From NCBI GenBank assembly GCA_030650425.1, contig JAUSED010000012.1:64905-128904 (forward strand): a stretch of 64,000 bases of DNA, written 5' to 3'. Source of the DNA: Candidatus Omnitrophota bacterium (GTDB lineage Bacteria; Omnitrophota; Gorgyraeia; Gygaellales; Profunditerraquicolaceae). A program made the position numbers and the translations under genes. A model generated the notes under the pieces. That model worked only from the letters and a program-made list of their open reading frames with translations. It searched no databases and was not told the origin of the DNA. The number at the start of each line of letters is the position of its first letter. Positions within the stretch are counted from its first letter, which is position 1. Shown piece by piece: positions 1-9,172 of this stretch.

Positions 1-276
1 TGAGGCACGCATAGCTATAAGTTCGTTATTATGGTTAAGTTTGCTGAAAGTATAGATAGTGCTTAAAAGGCAGGCGAAGGGAGCGACCTGAATGAACATA
101 ACCGGAAGGTTGGCTAGATAAAACTGGATTAGCAGTGTAAAATGAACGTGCAGTTTTAAGATATCCTCAAGCCGCGAAAGCACGTCGATGATTATGTACA
201 TAAAAAGGAAAACAAAAATACAGGAAACAAAAATAGAGACTACTGACTTTAGAACATATCTGTCTAAGATGCGCAT
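1..276 (-). CDS. LptF/LptG-family LPS export permease, partial (N-terminal 92 codons; C-terminus lies beyond the window start)
   Basis: Reverse-strand translation from the ATG at 276 gives MRILDRYVLKSVVSIFVSCIFVFLF..., a typical YjgP/YjgQ permease N-terminus. The start overlaps the stop of the upstream paralog. Confidence 0.7.
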   Translation of the reverse strand, partial: MRILDRYVLKSVVSIFVSCIFVFLFMYIIIDVLSRLEDILKLHVHFTLLIQFYLANLPVMFIQVAPFACLLSTIYTFSKLNHNNELIAMRAS

Positions 277-1370
277 AATCTAAAAGTTAGGATTGTCCCC
301 AGCGTTCCGAAGATGATGTTAGGGGTCCACATGGCTAGTGCCGGGTTGATAAATCCCTCTATCCCCAAGGACTCGCAGCCGATAAGCAGTGGATAATACG
401 CGATAATAATCAGGATGGCTAGGCCAATATTAATAGATTTTTCCCTGCGCCGGGTAATTATAGCAAGTGGAATTCCCATGAGCACAAAGACGAGGCAGGA
501 GAAAGCGAGGGTTAATTTTTCATGGATTTCCACAATCAACGGAGCCGGATTTATATTCAAGCTCTTTAATCTTTTAATCTCATTCCTTAATTCCTGAATC
601 GTCATTTCTTTTTCTTTTTTCGCTATATTTCCGGATTTCTGGGCGTCAGCCAGGTTTAAGTTCATAAAATAAGTTCTAAAATTAAGCTTATAGAAATTAG
701 TGGGATTATTCGGGTCAGGTTCATCGCTTGTCCCATCCATAAGTTTTAATTTAACCGAATTTTTCTCCGGGATGGTGATAAATTCACCGCTTTTGGCGAC
801 GATGGTGCGCGTGGGCTTATCATCTCCTTGAGGTTCGTAGATGCGCACGTTAAGCAGCCGGTTACGCTTTTGGTCGACCTTATAAATAAATAAGACATAT
901 TTTTGAAAGGAATTGATGAAAACACCTTCTTCAAAAGCAGCGGTGGGATTTTTTACGCCTATTTGAATCAGGGTCTTGCGGTATTCATAGTGCGCGTAGG
1001 AGGCAGCCCGGTCATTGAATAAAACCAGCCCTAAACTTAAAATTAACCCTAAGGTGATTAGGGGAAGGATGAGTTGGAAAATATTTATTCCGCTTGCCCT
1101 TATGGCGATAATTTCGTTGTCGCTGGATAATCTGCCCAGGGACATAAGCACGGCGACCAAAATAGAGATAGGCAGGGCATAGGTGACGATGTAAGGGGTC
1201 ATTAACAGGAATAGTTTAATCACGCTTAAGATATCCACACCCTTGTTAATGACTAGGTCAGCGATCTTTTTGAGGTTACCCGCGATAATCATCACAAAGC
1301 TTAAGACACCGAGGGTCAGAAAGAATGGGCCGATAAATTCTTTTAACAAATAGTTACGCAGGATTTTCAT
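264..1370 (-). CDS. LptF/LptG-family LPS export permease (YjgP/YjgQ)
   Basis: 368-aa ORF with six predicted TM segments. The N-terminus MKILRNYLLKEFIGPFFLTLGVLSF and overall architecture match the family. Confidence 0.85.
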   Translation of the reverse strand: MKILRNYLLKEFIGPFFLTLGVLSFVMIIAGNLKKIADLVINKGVDILSVIKLFLLMTPYIVTYALPISILVAVLMSLGRLSSDNEIIAIRASGINIFQLILPLITLGLILSLGLVLFNDRAASYAHYEYRKTLIQIGVKNPTAAFEEGVFINSFQKYVLFIYKVDQKRNRLLNVRIYEPQGDDKPTRTIVAKSGEFITIPEKNSVKLKLMDGTSDEPDPNNPTNFYKLNFRTYFMNLNLADAQKSGNIAKKEKEMTIQELRNEIKRLKSLNINPAPLIVEIHEKLTLAFSCLVFVLMGIPLAIITRRREKSINIGLAILIIIAYYPLLIGCESLGIEGFINPALAMWTPNIIFGTLGTILTFRLCAS

Positions 1371-1373
1371 GGG

Positions 1374-2105
1374 TTAGTTGGCTAAAGTTAACACAAATAC
1401 AATATTCGCCCCGGCATCTTTCAGAGAAAGCGCCGCCTCGGAAGAAGTCGCGCCTGTAGTCAGGACATCATCAACGATCAGGATGTTTTTATTCTTTAAG
1501 TCACTGTCTTGAGAAACGAAAAAACTTTCTTTGACATTAGCGAAACGTTTATCCGTCGCTAGCCCGGTTTGGGTCTTGGTTAGGCGATGGCGGTAAAGCG
1601 CGTCAGTGATTAAGTCTTTCTTAAATTCGAGAGCGATCTGCCGACTTAAAATTTCAGCCTGATTAAACTCTCTTTCGCGCAGGCGCGCTTTATGCAGCGG
1701 GATAGGGATGATAAAATCAAGGTAATCAACAGGCAGTTCGTATTCTTTGATGAATTCGATCATTATCTTGCTTAAAGGCTTCCCCAGATGGTCTTTACTT
1801 TTATATTTGAATTCATGGATTAATTCTTTGGTTACCCCTTCATATAAACAGGGGCTGAAGGCGCGGTCAAAATGCAGCCTTTTTTTTAAACAAGCCGGGC
1901 AGATATTCTTGTTTAGGCTTTTTTTCTCAAGGTGCCTACCGCAGCTTGCGCAGAAAGGAGGCAGGTTTCTCTTGATCTTGAGCCGGCAGCCGTTGCAAAT
2001 GTATCCGTCGGTGTTGAACGCGTCAAGTTTGCGTTTGCAGGCCAGGCAAACTTTAGGATACGCGATATCCGTTAATCTCCGGATAAAACGAAACAACATG
2101 CACAT
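1374..2105 (-). CDS. comF: ComF-family protein (double zinc ribbon + phosphoribosyltransferase domain)
   Basis: N-terminal CxxC pairs CLACKRKL...CNGCRLKI and a C-terminal PRTase motif ILIVDDVLTTGAT. Confidence 0.8.
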   Translation of the reverse strand: MCMLFRFIRRLTDIAYPKVCLACKRKLDAFNTDGYICNGCRLKIKRNLPPFCASCGRHLEKKSLNKNICPACLKKRLHFDRAFSPCLYEGVTKELIHEFKYKSKDHLGKPLSKIMIEFIKEYELPVDYLDFIIPIPLHKARLREREFNQAEILSRQIALEFKKDLITDALYRHRLTKTQTGLATDKRFANVKESFFVSQDSDLKNKNILIVDDVLTTGATSSEAALSLKDAGANIVFVLTLAN

Positions 2106-2166
2106 ATGATAACAGCTAATTTATTGTTTGTCAATTACACCGATGATGTTATAATAAACTCCAATT

Positions 2167-2901
2167 ATGCAAAGAAAATCAAAGATAATTATTTCTTTAA
2201 GCGTGTTGCTGTTGGTTGTTTTGGCCGCGGCAGCTTTCTGTATATTTTTTGACGAAGCAGTCATCGTCAGGAAAAACACGATTTACCGCGTGAGAGCCGC
2301 GGATAAATTAGTGGCTTTGACTTTTGATGACGGCCCTTCTCCGGTATGGACGCCTAAAATACTCGATGAGCTGAATAAAGAAGGGGTTAAAGCCACCTTT
2401 TTTATGCTGGGCGCGCACGTGGAAAAATACCCCGCCGTGGCCGAGCGCGTGGCAAAAGAAGGCCATGAAATAGGTAACCACACCTATGATCACCATGTCT
2501 TGATTTATTATAAACCGGAAGAGCTTAAGGATGAGATAAATCATGCCGAACGCGTCATAAAAAACGTTACGGGTGTTACTCCTAAATATTTCCGGCCTCC
2601 CAAGGCCTGGCTTACGCAAAAAGAAAAAGTGATCATAGGCCGGATGGGGTATAAAGTTATCCTTTGGTCGCTTAATTCCAAAGATTGGGTAACTTTCCAT
2701 GATAAGCAGATTACCTCTTACATTTTAAGGCGTATCCGGCCGGGGGATATTATCTTATTCCACGATAGCGGAGGCGCTTTTACTACTGAAGGCGGTGATC
2801 GGGCTCAAACGGTTAAAACTATTTCAAGATTAGTGAGAAAACTGCGGGAAAGAGGATATAAGTTTGTAACCATATCCGAACTTTTAGAAGGGGCTAAATG
2901 A
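2167..2901 (+). CDS. Polysaccharide deacetylase (NodB homology domain) with N-terminal TM anchor
   Basis: Carries the LTFDDGP motif and the FFMLGAHVEKYP and HEIGNHTYDH His motifs. Confidence 0.85.
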   Translation: MQRKSKIIISLSVLLLVVLAAAAFCIFFDEAVIVRKNTIYRVRAADKLVALTFDDGPSPVWTPKILDELNKEGVKATFFMLGAHVEKYPAVAERVAKEGHEIGNHTYDHHVLIYYKPEELKDEINHAERVIKNVTGVTPKYFRPPKAWLTQKEKVIIGRMGYKVILWSLNSKDWVTFHDKQITSYILRRIRPGDIILFHDSGGAFTTEGGDRAQTVKTISRLVRKLRERGYKFVTISELLEGAK

Positions 2902-4541
2902 AAAAAAACAATTTAATTCATTTGTTAATCTTGATGGGTTTGGCCTACATATACTTGATGTTTGGAAACGGTACGCTGAGCTTAACCAATCCCGACGAAG
3001 TTTTTTACGCTCAGACAGCCAAAGAGATGATTCAGCATAAATCTTGGATGACCCCGTATTTATTCGGCCAGCCCCAATTTGAAAAGCCGATTCTTTTATA
3101 TTGGTTGATGCGTATCAGTATCGGGATTTTCGGAAATACCAGCTTTGCCGCCCGGTTTGCTCCCGCGTTTTTCGGTATCTTGGGAGTGATCGCGGTATAC
3201 TTCATAACTTTAATCGGTTTTAAGAACGAGAAAAAAGCGTTTATTTCAAGCCTGATTTTACTTTCCAGCGGATTTTATATCGGCTTATCCCGGAGTGTCT
3301 TTACCGACCTGATTTTCTCAGTGTTGATTCTGTTTGCGCTTTTATTTTTTTACTGGGGTTATGCCTATCCGCGCAGGAAGGGATGGGGTATTATATTATT
3401 TTTTGCCGCGATGGCTCTGGCGGTTTTAGCTAAAGGGCCGCTTGGCTGCCTGATTCCGCTCTCGACCGTCGTCGTATTCCTATTTATAAAGAAGGATTTG
3501 AAATTCTTATTTTCCAAATATTCTCTGTGGGGTTTGTTGGCTTTTAGCGTTATCGCGCTCCCTTGGTATATCTTAATGGAGATAAGGTATGGGGCAAGTT
3601 TTAACCGGGAGTTTTTTTATAATGACCACTTTGTCCGGCTGATTAAGGCGGAGCATCCCGATAACGATAAATGGTACTTTTATCCGTTCACAATGATCGG
3701 CACTGTTTTCCCGTGGTGCCTGTATACATTAATCGGGCTTGTTTATTTGCTTAAGAATATCAAACGCCATCTAGAAAGCTTTAATATTTTTCTGATCGTT
3801 TGGATAACGATGGTTCTGCTTATCTTTCAGTTCGCGCATTCTAAGCTGACCAGTTATATATTCCCGCTCTATCCGGCGCTGATCATTATCGCGGGAGATT
3901 TTATTTATAACAGTATATCCGGAAAAAATAAAGGCCGGTTATTTTATTTTTCATCTTTGATTATGGCGGTATTTATTTTAATCGTGTCAATAGGGTTAAT
4001 TGCCGCTCTTGGGGCTTTTGCCCCTTATTTGAGTTCCAAGGCGCCGGTTTACGCGTTGAGCGCCGCCTTGTTTATCTTGGGTATCTTGGCTTTGGTTTTG
4101 GTATCGCGCAAAAAGTTTTTAGGCTTTACTTTGGTATTGGCCTCATCGCTGTTAGTAATTTTATTCGGCTCGGCTTCTATCCATGAAGATATTGAGCCGT
4201 TTGTCTCTTCTAAGGCCGCCAGCGAATATCTTATTAAAAATTATACTTTCAGCGGCCCGATCATCTGCTCGAAGTTTTATGCGCGCGGGGTGAAGTTCTA
4301 TACCGATAAAGAGGTTGTCGTTGTGGATATCCCCGGGACGCCTTTCTTCAGTCCGCATCCTCTGCCTTTCTTGAATTCTCATCTTAAGGTGAGGGATTTC
4401 TTAGCTCAACGGCCGGTTAACTACGGCATTATCAAGAGGACGAATGTGAAAGACTTTGAATACCTGAGCGCCGGCTATTATAAATTTGAAGTGTTGAAAC
4501 AGATCGGCAATGAATATATCATCAGGGTAACGCCGCTATGA
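2898..4541 (+). CDS. GT39/ArnT-like membrane glycosyltransferase (PMT/ArnT family)
   Basis: 547-aa polytopic membrane protein. The N-terminal loop with PDEVFYAQTAKEM is characteristic of the ArnT/PMT family. Confidence 0.7.
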   Translation: MKKNNLIHLLILMGLAYIYLMFGNGTLSLTNPDEVFYAQTAKEMIQHKSWMTPYLFGQPQFEKPILLYWLMRISIGIFGNTSFAARFAPAFFGILGVIAVYFITLIGFKNEKKAFISSLILLSSGFYIGLSRSVFTDLIFSVLILFALLFFYWGYAYPRRKGWGIILFFAAMALAVLAKGPLGCLIPLSTVVVFLFIKKDLKFLFSKYSLWGLLAFSVIALPWYILMEIRYGASFNREFFYNDHFVRLIKAEHPDNDKWYFYPFTMIGTVFPWCLYTLIGLVYLLKNIKRHLESFNIFLIVWITMVLLIFQFAHSKLTSYIFPLYPALIIIAGDFIYNSISGKNKGRLFYFSSLIMAVFILIVSIGLIAALGAFAPYLSSKAPVYALSAALFILGILALVLVSRKKFLGFTLVLASSLLVILFGSASIHEDIEPFVSSKAASEYLIKNYTFSGPIICSKFYARGVKFYTDKEVVVVDIPGTPFFSPHPLPFLNSHLKVRDFLAQRPVNYGIIKRTNVKDFEYLSAGYYKFEVLKQIGNEYIIRVTPL

Positions 4542-4585
4542 TAGGGATTGACTGAGGCTGTTAAAAATAGTAAAATAAATCCGCT

Positions 4586-5143
4586 ATGGAAGATAATTTC
4601 AAAGAATTAAAAACAAAATTATTTGCCTTGTTGGAAAAAGAAGCCTTAAAGAGAGGTGACTTTTTGCTCTCGAGCGGCAAAAAAAGCAGCTATTATCTTG
4701 ACGGACGGGTGATTACCCTGACTCCTGAAGGCGCGTATTTAACGGCGAGTATTATTTTAGCATTGATCAAGGATAAGCAGATAGACGCGTTGGGAGGCCC
4801 GACATTAGGAGCAGACCCGATTGTGGGAGCGGTTAGCGTTTTAAGCCACATAAAAAATATTCCTCTAAAAACGTTTATCGTAAGGCCGGCGGCTAAAATT
4901 CATGGGACTAACCGTCAAGTGGAAGGCCCTGAGCTAGCCAAAGGGAGTAAGGTTATGTTGGTCGATGATGTAGCTACCACTGGCAAAGCGCTTATTGAAG
5001 CCAAGCAGGCCTTGGATAAACTGGGCATCATTACCAAGTCAGCCTTGGTGATCGTCGATAGATGCGAAGGCGCTAAAGAGAATTTGAGCAAAGAAGGCTT
5101 GAGCCTGGAATCTATATTTACCATAAAAGACTTCGGACTGTAG
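4586..5143 (+). CDS. pyrE: Orotate phosphoribosyltransferase
   Basis: 185 aa, PRPP-binding motif MLVDDVATTGKA, PyrE-like length and N-terminus. Confidence 0.9.
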   Translation: MEDNFKELKTKLFALLEKEALKRGDFLLSSGKKSSYYLDGRVITLTPEGAYLTASIILALIKDKQIDALGGPTLGADPIVGAVSVLSHIKNIPLKTFIVRPAAKIHGTNRQVEGPELAKGSKVMLVDDVATTGKALIEAKQALDKLGIITKSALVIVDRCEGAKENLSKEGLSLESIFTIKDFGL

Positions 5144-5146
5144 AAA

Positions 5147-5183
5147 ACAAGGGACCGTTTCCCTAAAGGGAAACGGTCCCTAA
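5147..5183. terminator. Perfect 13-bp stem hairpin (GGGACCGTTTCCC-taaa-GGGAAACGGTCCC) between pyrE and the next gene
   Basis: Seen directly in the sequence. No strong T-tract follows, so it could be a bidirectional or factor-assisted terminator. Confidence 0.45.
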
Positions 5184-5192
5184 TCGATTATA

Positions 5193-6437
5193 GTGCAAAA
5201 TAGAAAAATAGCGGTTGTCGGCGCGGGCCCTGCCGGGATGATCGCGGCAATTAAGGCCGCGCAACTTTCCCAAGAAGTAACTCTTATCGATAAAAACCCT
5301 TCCTTAGGCAAAAAACTCCTGCTTAGCGGCAAAGGCCGCTGTAATCTAACCAATACCTGCGATTTAGATTCATTCTTAAAAAGGTTTTCCAGAAACGGAG
5401 AATTTTTAAGGGATGCCTTTAAGAAATTTTTTAATCAGGATTTGATAAATTTTTTTGAGACAAGAGGCCTCTCGCTTAAAACGGAGAGGCAGTTACGGGT
5501 ATTTCCGGTTACGGACAGCTCGAGTAGTATAGTAAGCGTACTTGAGCAGGAATTGATTAAGCAAAACGTAAAGATTATGCGTAAAACCAAAGTAAAAGAT
5601 ATCTTGATCAAAGAAAATCAGCTAAAAGGATTATATCTGGAAGCCGGCGAATTCCTCCCTTTTGATAAAATAATTCTAGCTACTGGAGGGGCTTCCTACA
5701 GTTTTACCGGTTCAACCGGCGAAGGCTTAAGTTTGGCCAAGAGAGCCGGGCATAAGGTTATTCCATTAAGGCCGGGGCTGGTTCCTTTAGTGACCGAAGA
5801 AAAATATGCTCAAGATCTGGAAGGCCTTACCCTGAAGAATATCCGGCTTAAGTTTTACGCGGGTAAAAATGAAATTATTTCAGAAGTCGGGGAGCTCTTA
5901 TTTACGGGTTTTGGGATTTCCGGGCCGTTAGTGCTTAGCTTAAGCGGTAAAATTGTGGATTGGTTGAATAATAAGAAAGAGGTTTATCTTGAAATAGATT
6001 TAAAGCCGGGCCTGACTAGGGAACAATTAGATTCCCGTTTCTTAAGGGAGTTTAAGGCCAACGCGAAAAAAGGGATTAAACATATTTTGAAAAACATACT
6101 CCCTTTGAGATTAATTAATTTATTTATTGAGCTGGCTAAGATCCAACCCCACAAAAAAGCCAATCAGATTACCTTGAATGAGCGCCAGGCGTTAGTTTCT
6201 CTGCTTAAGGGTTGGCGTTTAAATATCGCTGGTTCCCTTCCGCTGGAAGAAGGGATGATTACCCGGGGTGGAATTTCCTTAAAAGAGATTAACCCTCGCA
6301 CAATGGAATCGCGGCTAGTTAAGGGGCTATATTTTTGCGGGGAGATGATTGATGTGGATGCGGATACCGGAGGATTTAATCTTCAGGCGGCATTCTCGAC
6401 CGGTTATCTTGCCGGAGAAAGCGCTGCGGTAAATTAA
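5193..6437 (+). CDS. HI0933/BaiN-family FAD-dependent oxidoreductase
   Basis: N-terminal Rossmann motif IAVVGAGPAGMIAA; length and C-terminus typical of the YhiN/HI0933 family. Confidence 0.85.
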   Translation: MQNRKIAVVGAGPAGMIAAIKAAQLSQEVTLIDKNPSLGKKLLLSGKGRCNLTNTCDLDSFLKRFSRNGEFLRDAFKKFFNQDLINFFETRGLSLKTERQLRVFPVTDSSSSIVSVLEQELIKQNVKIMRKTKVKDILIKENQLKGLYLEAGEFLPFDKIILATGGASYSFTGSTGEGLSLAKRAGHKVIPLRPGLVPLVTEEKYAQDLEGLTLKNIRLKFYAGKNEIISEVGELLFTGFGISGPLVLSLSGKIVDWLNNKKEVYLEIDLKPGLTREQLDSRFLREFKANAKKGIKHILKNILPLRLINLFIELAKIQPHKKANQITLNERQALVSLLKGWRLNIAGSLPLEEGMITRGGISLKEINPRTMESRLVKGLYFCGEMIDVDADTGGFNLQAAFSTGYLAGESAAVN

Positions 6438-6551
6438 CGGGTCCTGCTCGGGCCTCGGGGTCCTGCCACCGAAGTTTCCCCATTCCTGCGGGCAAGTTTG
6501 TCCTCGGAATAGGGATGCCCCTCTCGGTGTCACCCCTCGGCAACATTTTAT

Positions 6552-7907
6552 ATGACACGAATTTACTTAGCGTCTAAATCTAAAGCACGGAAAGAATTAT
6601 TAGAATCTTTGGGCCTGAAGTTCAAAGTCCTGCCGAGTGCGGTTGAGGAAATAGGGAGCGTAAAGGGGATATCCTATATTAAACTTGTTAAATTAAACGC
6701 ACTGAAGAAAGCCGAAGATGTCGCCGCAAAAGTAAAAGATGGCGTAGTTATCGCCGCGGATACGATTATGGTTCAGCATAATAAGATATTCGGTAAGCCT
6801 AAAGATTTAAAAGACGCGATAGCTACGCTGAAGGCGATGTCCGGAAAAACTCAAACTGTTTATACCGGCCTGGCAGTGATTGAAAAGAAGAGCGGCAGAG
6901 TAATCGTTGATTATGAAAAGACCAGGGTTTATATGGATAAATTAAGCGATAAAGAGATCCGCGCTTATTTTGAAAAAGTTTCTCCGTTGGATAAAGCCGG
7001 AAGTTTTGATATACAGGGCAAGGGCGCATTCTTTATCCGCCGGATTGAAGGTTGTTTTTACAACGTGGTTGGTCTTCCTCTAAGAAAATTATACCGGATC
7101 TTTAAGCAGTTCGGTATAACAAACAATATTTTCTGTTTTCTGTTCTCTGTCTTCTGTTTTCTATCTTTATCCGGTTGTTCTACCGAATATAACATCGTTA
7201 CCGGAGAGCAGGAACTTTATTATTACAATACGGATAAAGAAGTACAGATGGGTAAAGCTATCGCTAAGCAGGTAGAGAAGGAAATGAAGCCCGTGGAGGA
7301 TCCTCTGGTTCAAAAACGCGTGGAGGATATCGGTAAAAAAATCGCCGCGGTTTGCGACAGGAAAGAAATAAATTATTATTTTTACGTACTTAATGAAGAT
7401 GATGTGAACGCCTTTTCGCTTCCCGGAGGATATGTTTTTATTTATAAAGGCCTGGTGGATAAAGTCTCTAATGACGATGAGCTGGCCGGAGTGATCGGCC
7501 ATGAAGTCAGCCATATTGTCGCCCGGCATAGTATCAAGAGGCTTCAGGGACAGCAGTTATATTCTGTGTTAAGAGTCCTCACGGCCGCAGCCCCTAGCAT
7601 GGGAGATGTCGGAGCAGCCGCGGATGTCGCGATTACGCAGCTAATCTTAGGTTACAGCCGGGAAGATGAGCTGCTTGCCGACCAGTTGGGTACCAGATAT
7701 GCCCGGTTGGCTGGTTATGATCCGAACGCGATGATAACTTTTCTTAAGAAATTGCAGGAGGTTCAGAAAAGGCGGCCCTTGGCCCCTATTTCTTACTTTA
7801 AAACACACCCTTATGTCCCGGATAGAATCCGCATCGTCAAGGAAGAGCTAGGTAAAGGAATGAATTTTAATGATTACATTAATATCCAAGATCAGCCGCA
7901 CAAATAA
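6552..7907 (+). CDS. maf: Maf-like nucleoside triphosphate pyrophosphatase (first ~190 aa) continuing in frame into an M48-family metallopeptidase preceded by a lipoprotein signal
   Basis: Maf N-terminus MTRIYLASKSKARKELLESLGL and ending ...NVVGLPLRKLY. A lipobox-type signal FCFLFSVFCFLSLSGCS follows at nt ~7130–7180, then an HEVSH zinc motif (HExxH) typical of M48. No stop separates the two parts. Confidence 0.7.
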   Translation: MTRIYLASKSKARKELLESLGLKFKVLPSAVEEIGSVKGISYIKLVKLNALKKAEDVAAKVKDGVVIAADTIMVQHNKIFGKPKDLKDAIATLKAMSGKTQTVYTGLAVIEKKSGRVIVDYEKTRVYMDKLSDKEIRAYFEKVSPLDKAGSFDIQGKGAFFIRRIEGCFYNVVGLPLRKLYRIFKQFGITNNIFCFLFSVFCFLSLSGCSTEYNIVTGEQELYYYNTDKEVQMGKAIAKQVEKEMKPVEDPLVQKRVEDIGKKIAAVCDRKEINYYFYVLNEDDVNAFSLPGGYVFIYKGLVDKVSNDDELAGVIGHEVSHIVARHSIKRLQGQQLYSVLRVLTAAAPSMGDVGAAADVAITQLILGYSREDELLADQLGTRYARLAGYDPNAMITFLKKLQEVQKRRPLAPISYFKTHPYVPDRIRIVKEELGKGMNFNDYINIQDQPHK

Positions 7908-8973
7908 GCTATATTTTGTTTTATTTTTTTTATTCTTGATTCTATCCGTTAATCCTTTAGCCGGAGCGGAAAATGAGGAGGCAGATTTGAATACGAATAG
8001 CCCTTTTGGGGTTTTAGAGTTTCTGCATTGGAATCATTCTTGGAACAGCTATAAATATGCCTGTGTCGCGGACTGGGATAGAGTGATTAAGTTAATGAAA
8101 GAGGCCGGCGTCGGTTGGGTAAGAATGGATTTTCTCTGGCAGGATATCGAGCCTGAAGAAGGCAAATTTAACTTTGAGAAATACGATAAAGTCGTTGGCC
8201 TGCTTTATCAAAACAATATTCATCTCCTCGGTATCCTTGATTACAGCGTGGATTGGGCTGCTACCTGCGGAGGCTGGAACTGTCCCCCCAAAGATAATCG
8301 GTTATTTGTTAAGTTCGCGATAATGGTCATTAAACGCTATAAAGATAAAATAAAATATTGGGAGGTTTGGAACGAGCCGGATTCATGCACCTATTGGTCA
8401 GAACAGGATGGCCTGAAGAGCTATTGCAGCCTGTTGAAAGATGTCTATCGGGCCGCAAAACTTGCTGATCCGGATTGTAAGATCCTCAATGGCGGACTCG
8501 CCTTAGGCCTGTCCAGCATCAACCGGCTTTATGACAATGGTGCCAAAAATTATTTTGACATATTAAACCTTCACTTTTTCGAAAACCCGGAGCACGGAGA
8601 AGGTGTGATTAAAGGAGTGATCAATTATCCCAAGCTGGCGTATAAGATCATGAAACGTAACGGCGACGGGAATAAGAAAATCTGGATTACCGAGATCGGC
8701 TCTCCCGGGGTAAAACGCGGGGTGCAGACTGATAATTGGTGGCTGGGGAAGAATCCCAGTGAAAAAGAGCAGGGAGAGTGGCTAAAAAAGGTTTATACGG
8801 AATTACTAAAAGATAAAAATGTGGAGAAGGTGTTTTGGGCGTTCTTCCGCGATTGTTCAGGCCATTGGGGGAATGGCGTAGATTATTTCGGGCTGATCCG
8901 CTGGGACTATTCCCGTAAACCCAGCTTTAAGGCCTATAAAGAATGTGTTGATAATTGGAAAAACAGTAAGTAG
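7870..8973 (+). CDS. Secreted clan GH-A glycoside hydrolase (GH5/GH39/GH42-like TIM barrel)
   Basis: Signal peptide present. Acid/base motif WEVWNEPD and nucleophile motif KIWITEIG. Confidence 0.65.
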   Translation: MITLISKISRTNKLYFVLFFLFLILSVNPLAGAENEEADLNTNSPFGVLEFLHWNHSWNSYKYACVADWDRVIKLMKEAGVGWVRMDFLWQDIEPEEGKFNFEKYDKVVGLLYQNNIHLLGILDYSVDWAATCGGWNCPPKDNRLFVKFAIMVIKRYKDKIKYWEVWNEPDSCTYWSEQDGLKSYCSLLKDVYRAAKLADPDCKILNGGLALGLSSINRLYDNGAKNYFDILNLHFFENPEHGEGVIKGVINYPKLAYKIMKRNGDGNKKIWITEIGSPGVKRGVQTDNWWLGKNPSEKEQGEWLKKVYTELLKDKNVEKVFWAFFRDCSGHWGNGVDYFGLIRWDYSRKPSFKAYKECVDNWKNSK

Positions 8974-8982
8974 ATAAAAGAT

Positions 8983-9066
8983 TGGTGCGGAAGGAGGGAG
9001 TTGAACCCTCAAGGGTTTCCCCACTAGCTTCTGAGACTAGCGCGTATGCCATTCCGCCACTTCCGC
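8983..9066 (-). tRNA. tRNA-Leu (anticodon CAG), type II with long variable arm
   Basis: Reverse complement folds as acceptor GCGGAAG/CTTCCGC, anticodon stem CTAGT/GCTAG with loop CUCAGAA, long variable arm, T-arm GAGGG-TTCAACT-CCCTC, and an encoded CCA. It is very similar to E. coli tRNA-Leu(CAG). Confidence 0.9.
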
Positions 9067-9172
9067 ATGACGAGTTAGTATATCCTAGCTCTTACCTCCT
9101 GTCAAATATAAAAGCATTGCCTGCCCATAGTTTTATTGTTATAATAATAATCTTAAATTAAGAGGATAAATT

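Noticed and set aside
2283-2700. Antisense ORFs 2283–2483 and 2308–2700 (-) inside the polysaccharide deacetylase gene
   Set aside because: They overlap a well-supported + strand gene and have no motif support. Other shadow ORFs inside confirmed genes were rejected the same way (415–597, 746–934, 1747–2109, 4161–4382, 4915–5124, 6327–6558, 6823–7029, 7167–7529, 9643–9960, 11327–11748, 12255–12452, 14322–14612, 14868–15077, 16097–16324, 18001–18480, 18868–19092, and the many short antisense ORFs within mod, res and the island genes).
7130-7165. Pyrimidine tract TTCTGTTTTCTGTTCTCTGTCTTCTGTTTTCT, sharing a 14-mer (TCTCTGTCTTCTGT) with the reverse complement of 14658–14692 (AGAAGACAGAAGACTGAAGACAGAAGACAGAGA)
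   Set aside because: The match is low-complexity, and a single 14-mer match is within chance expectation for 64 kb on both strands. One copy encodes a signal-peptide hydrophobic core and the other an Arg/Lys-rich N-terminus, so both are more likely coding-driven.
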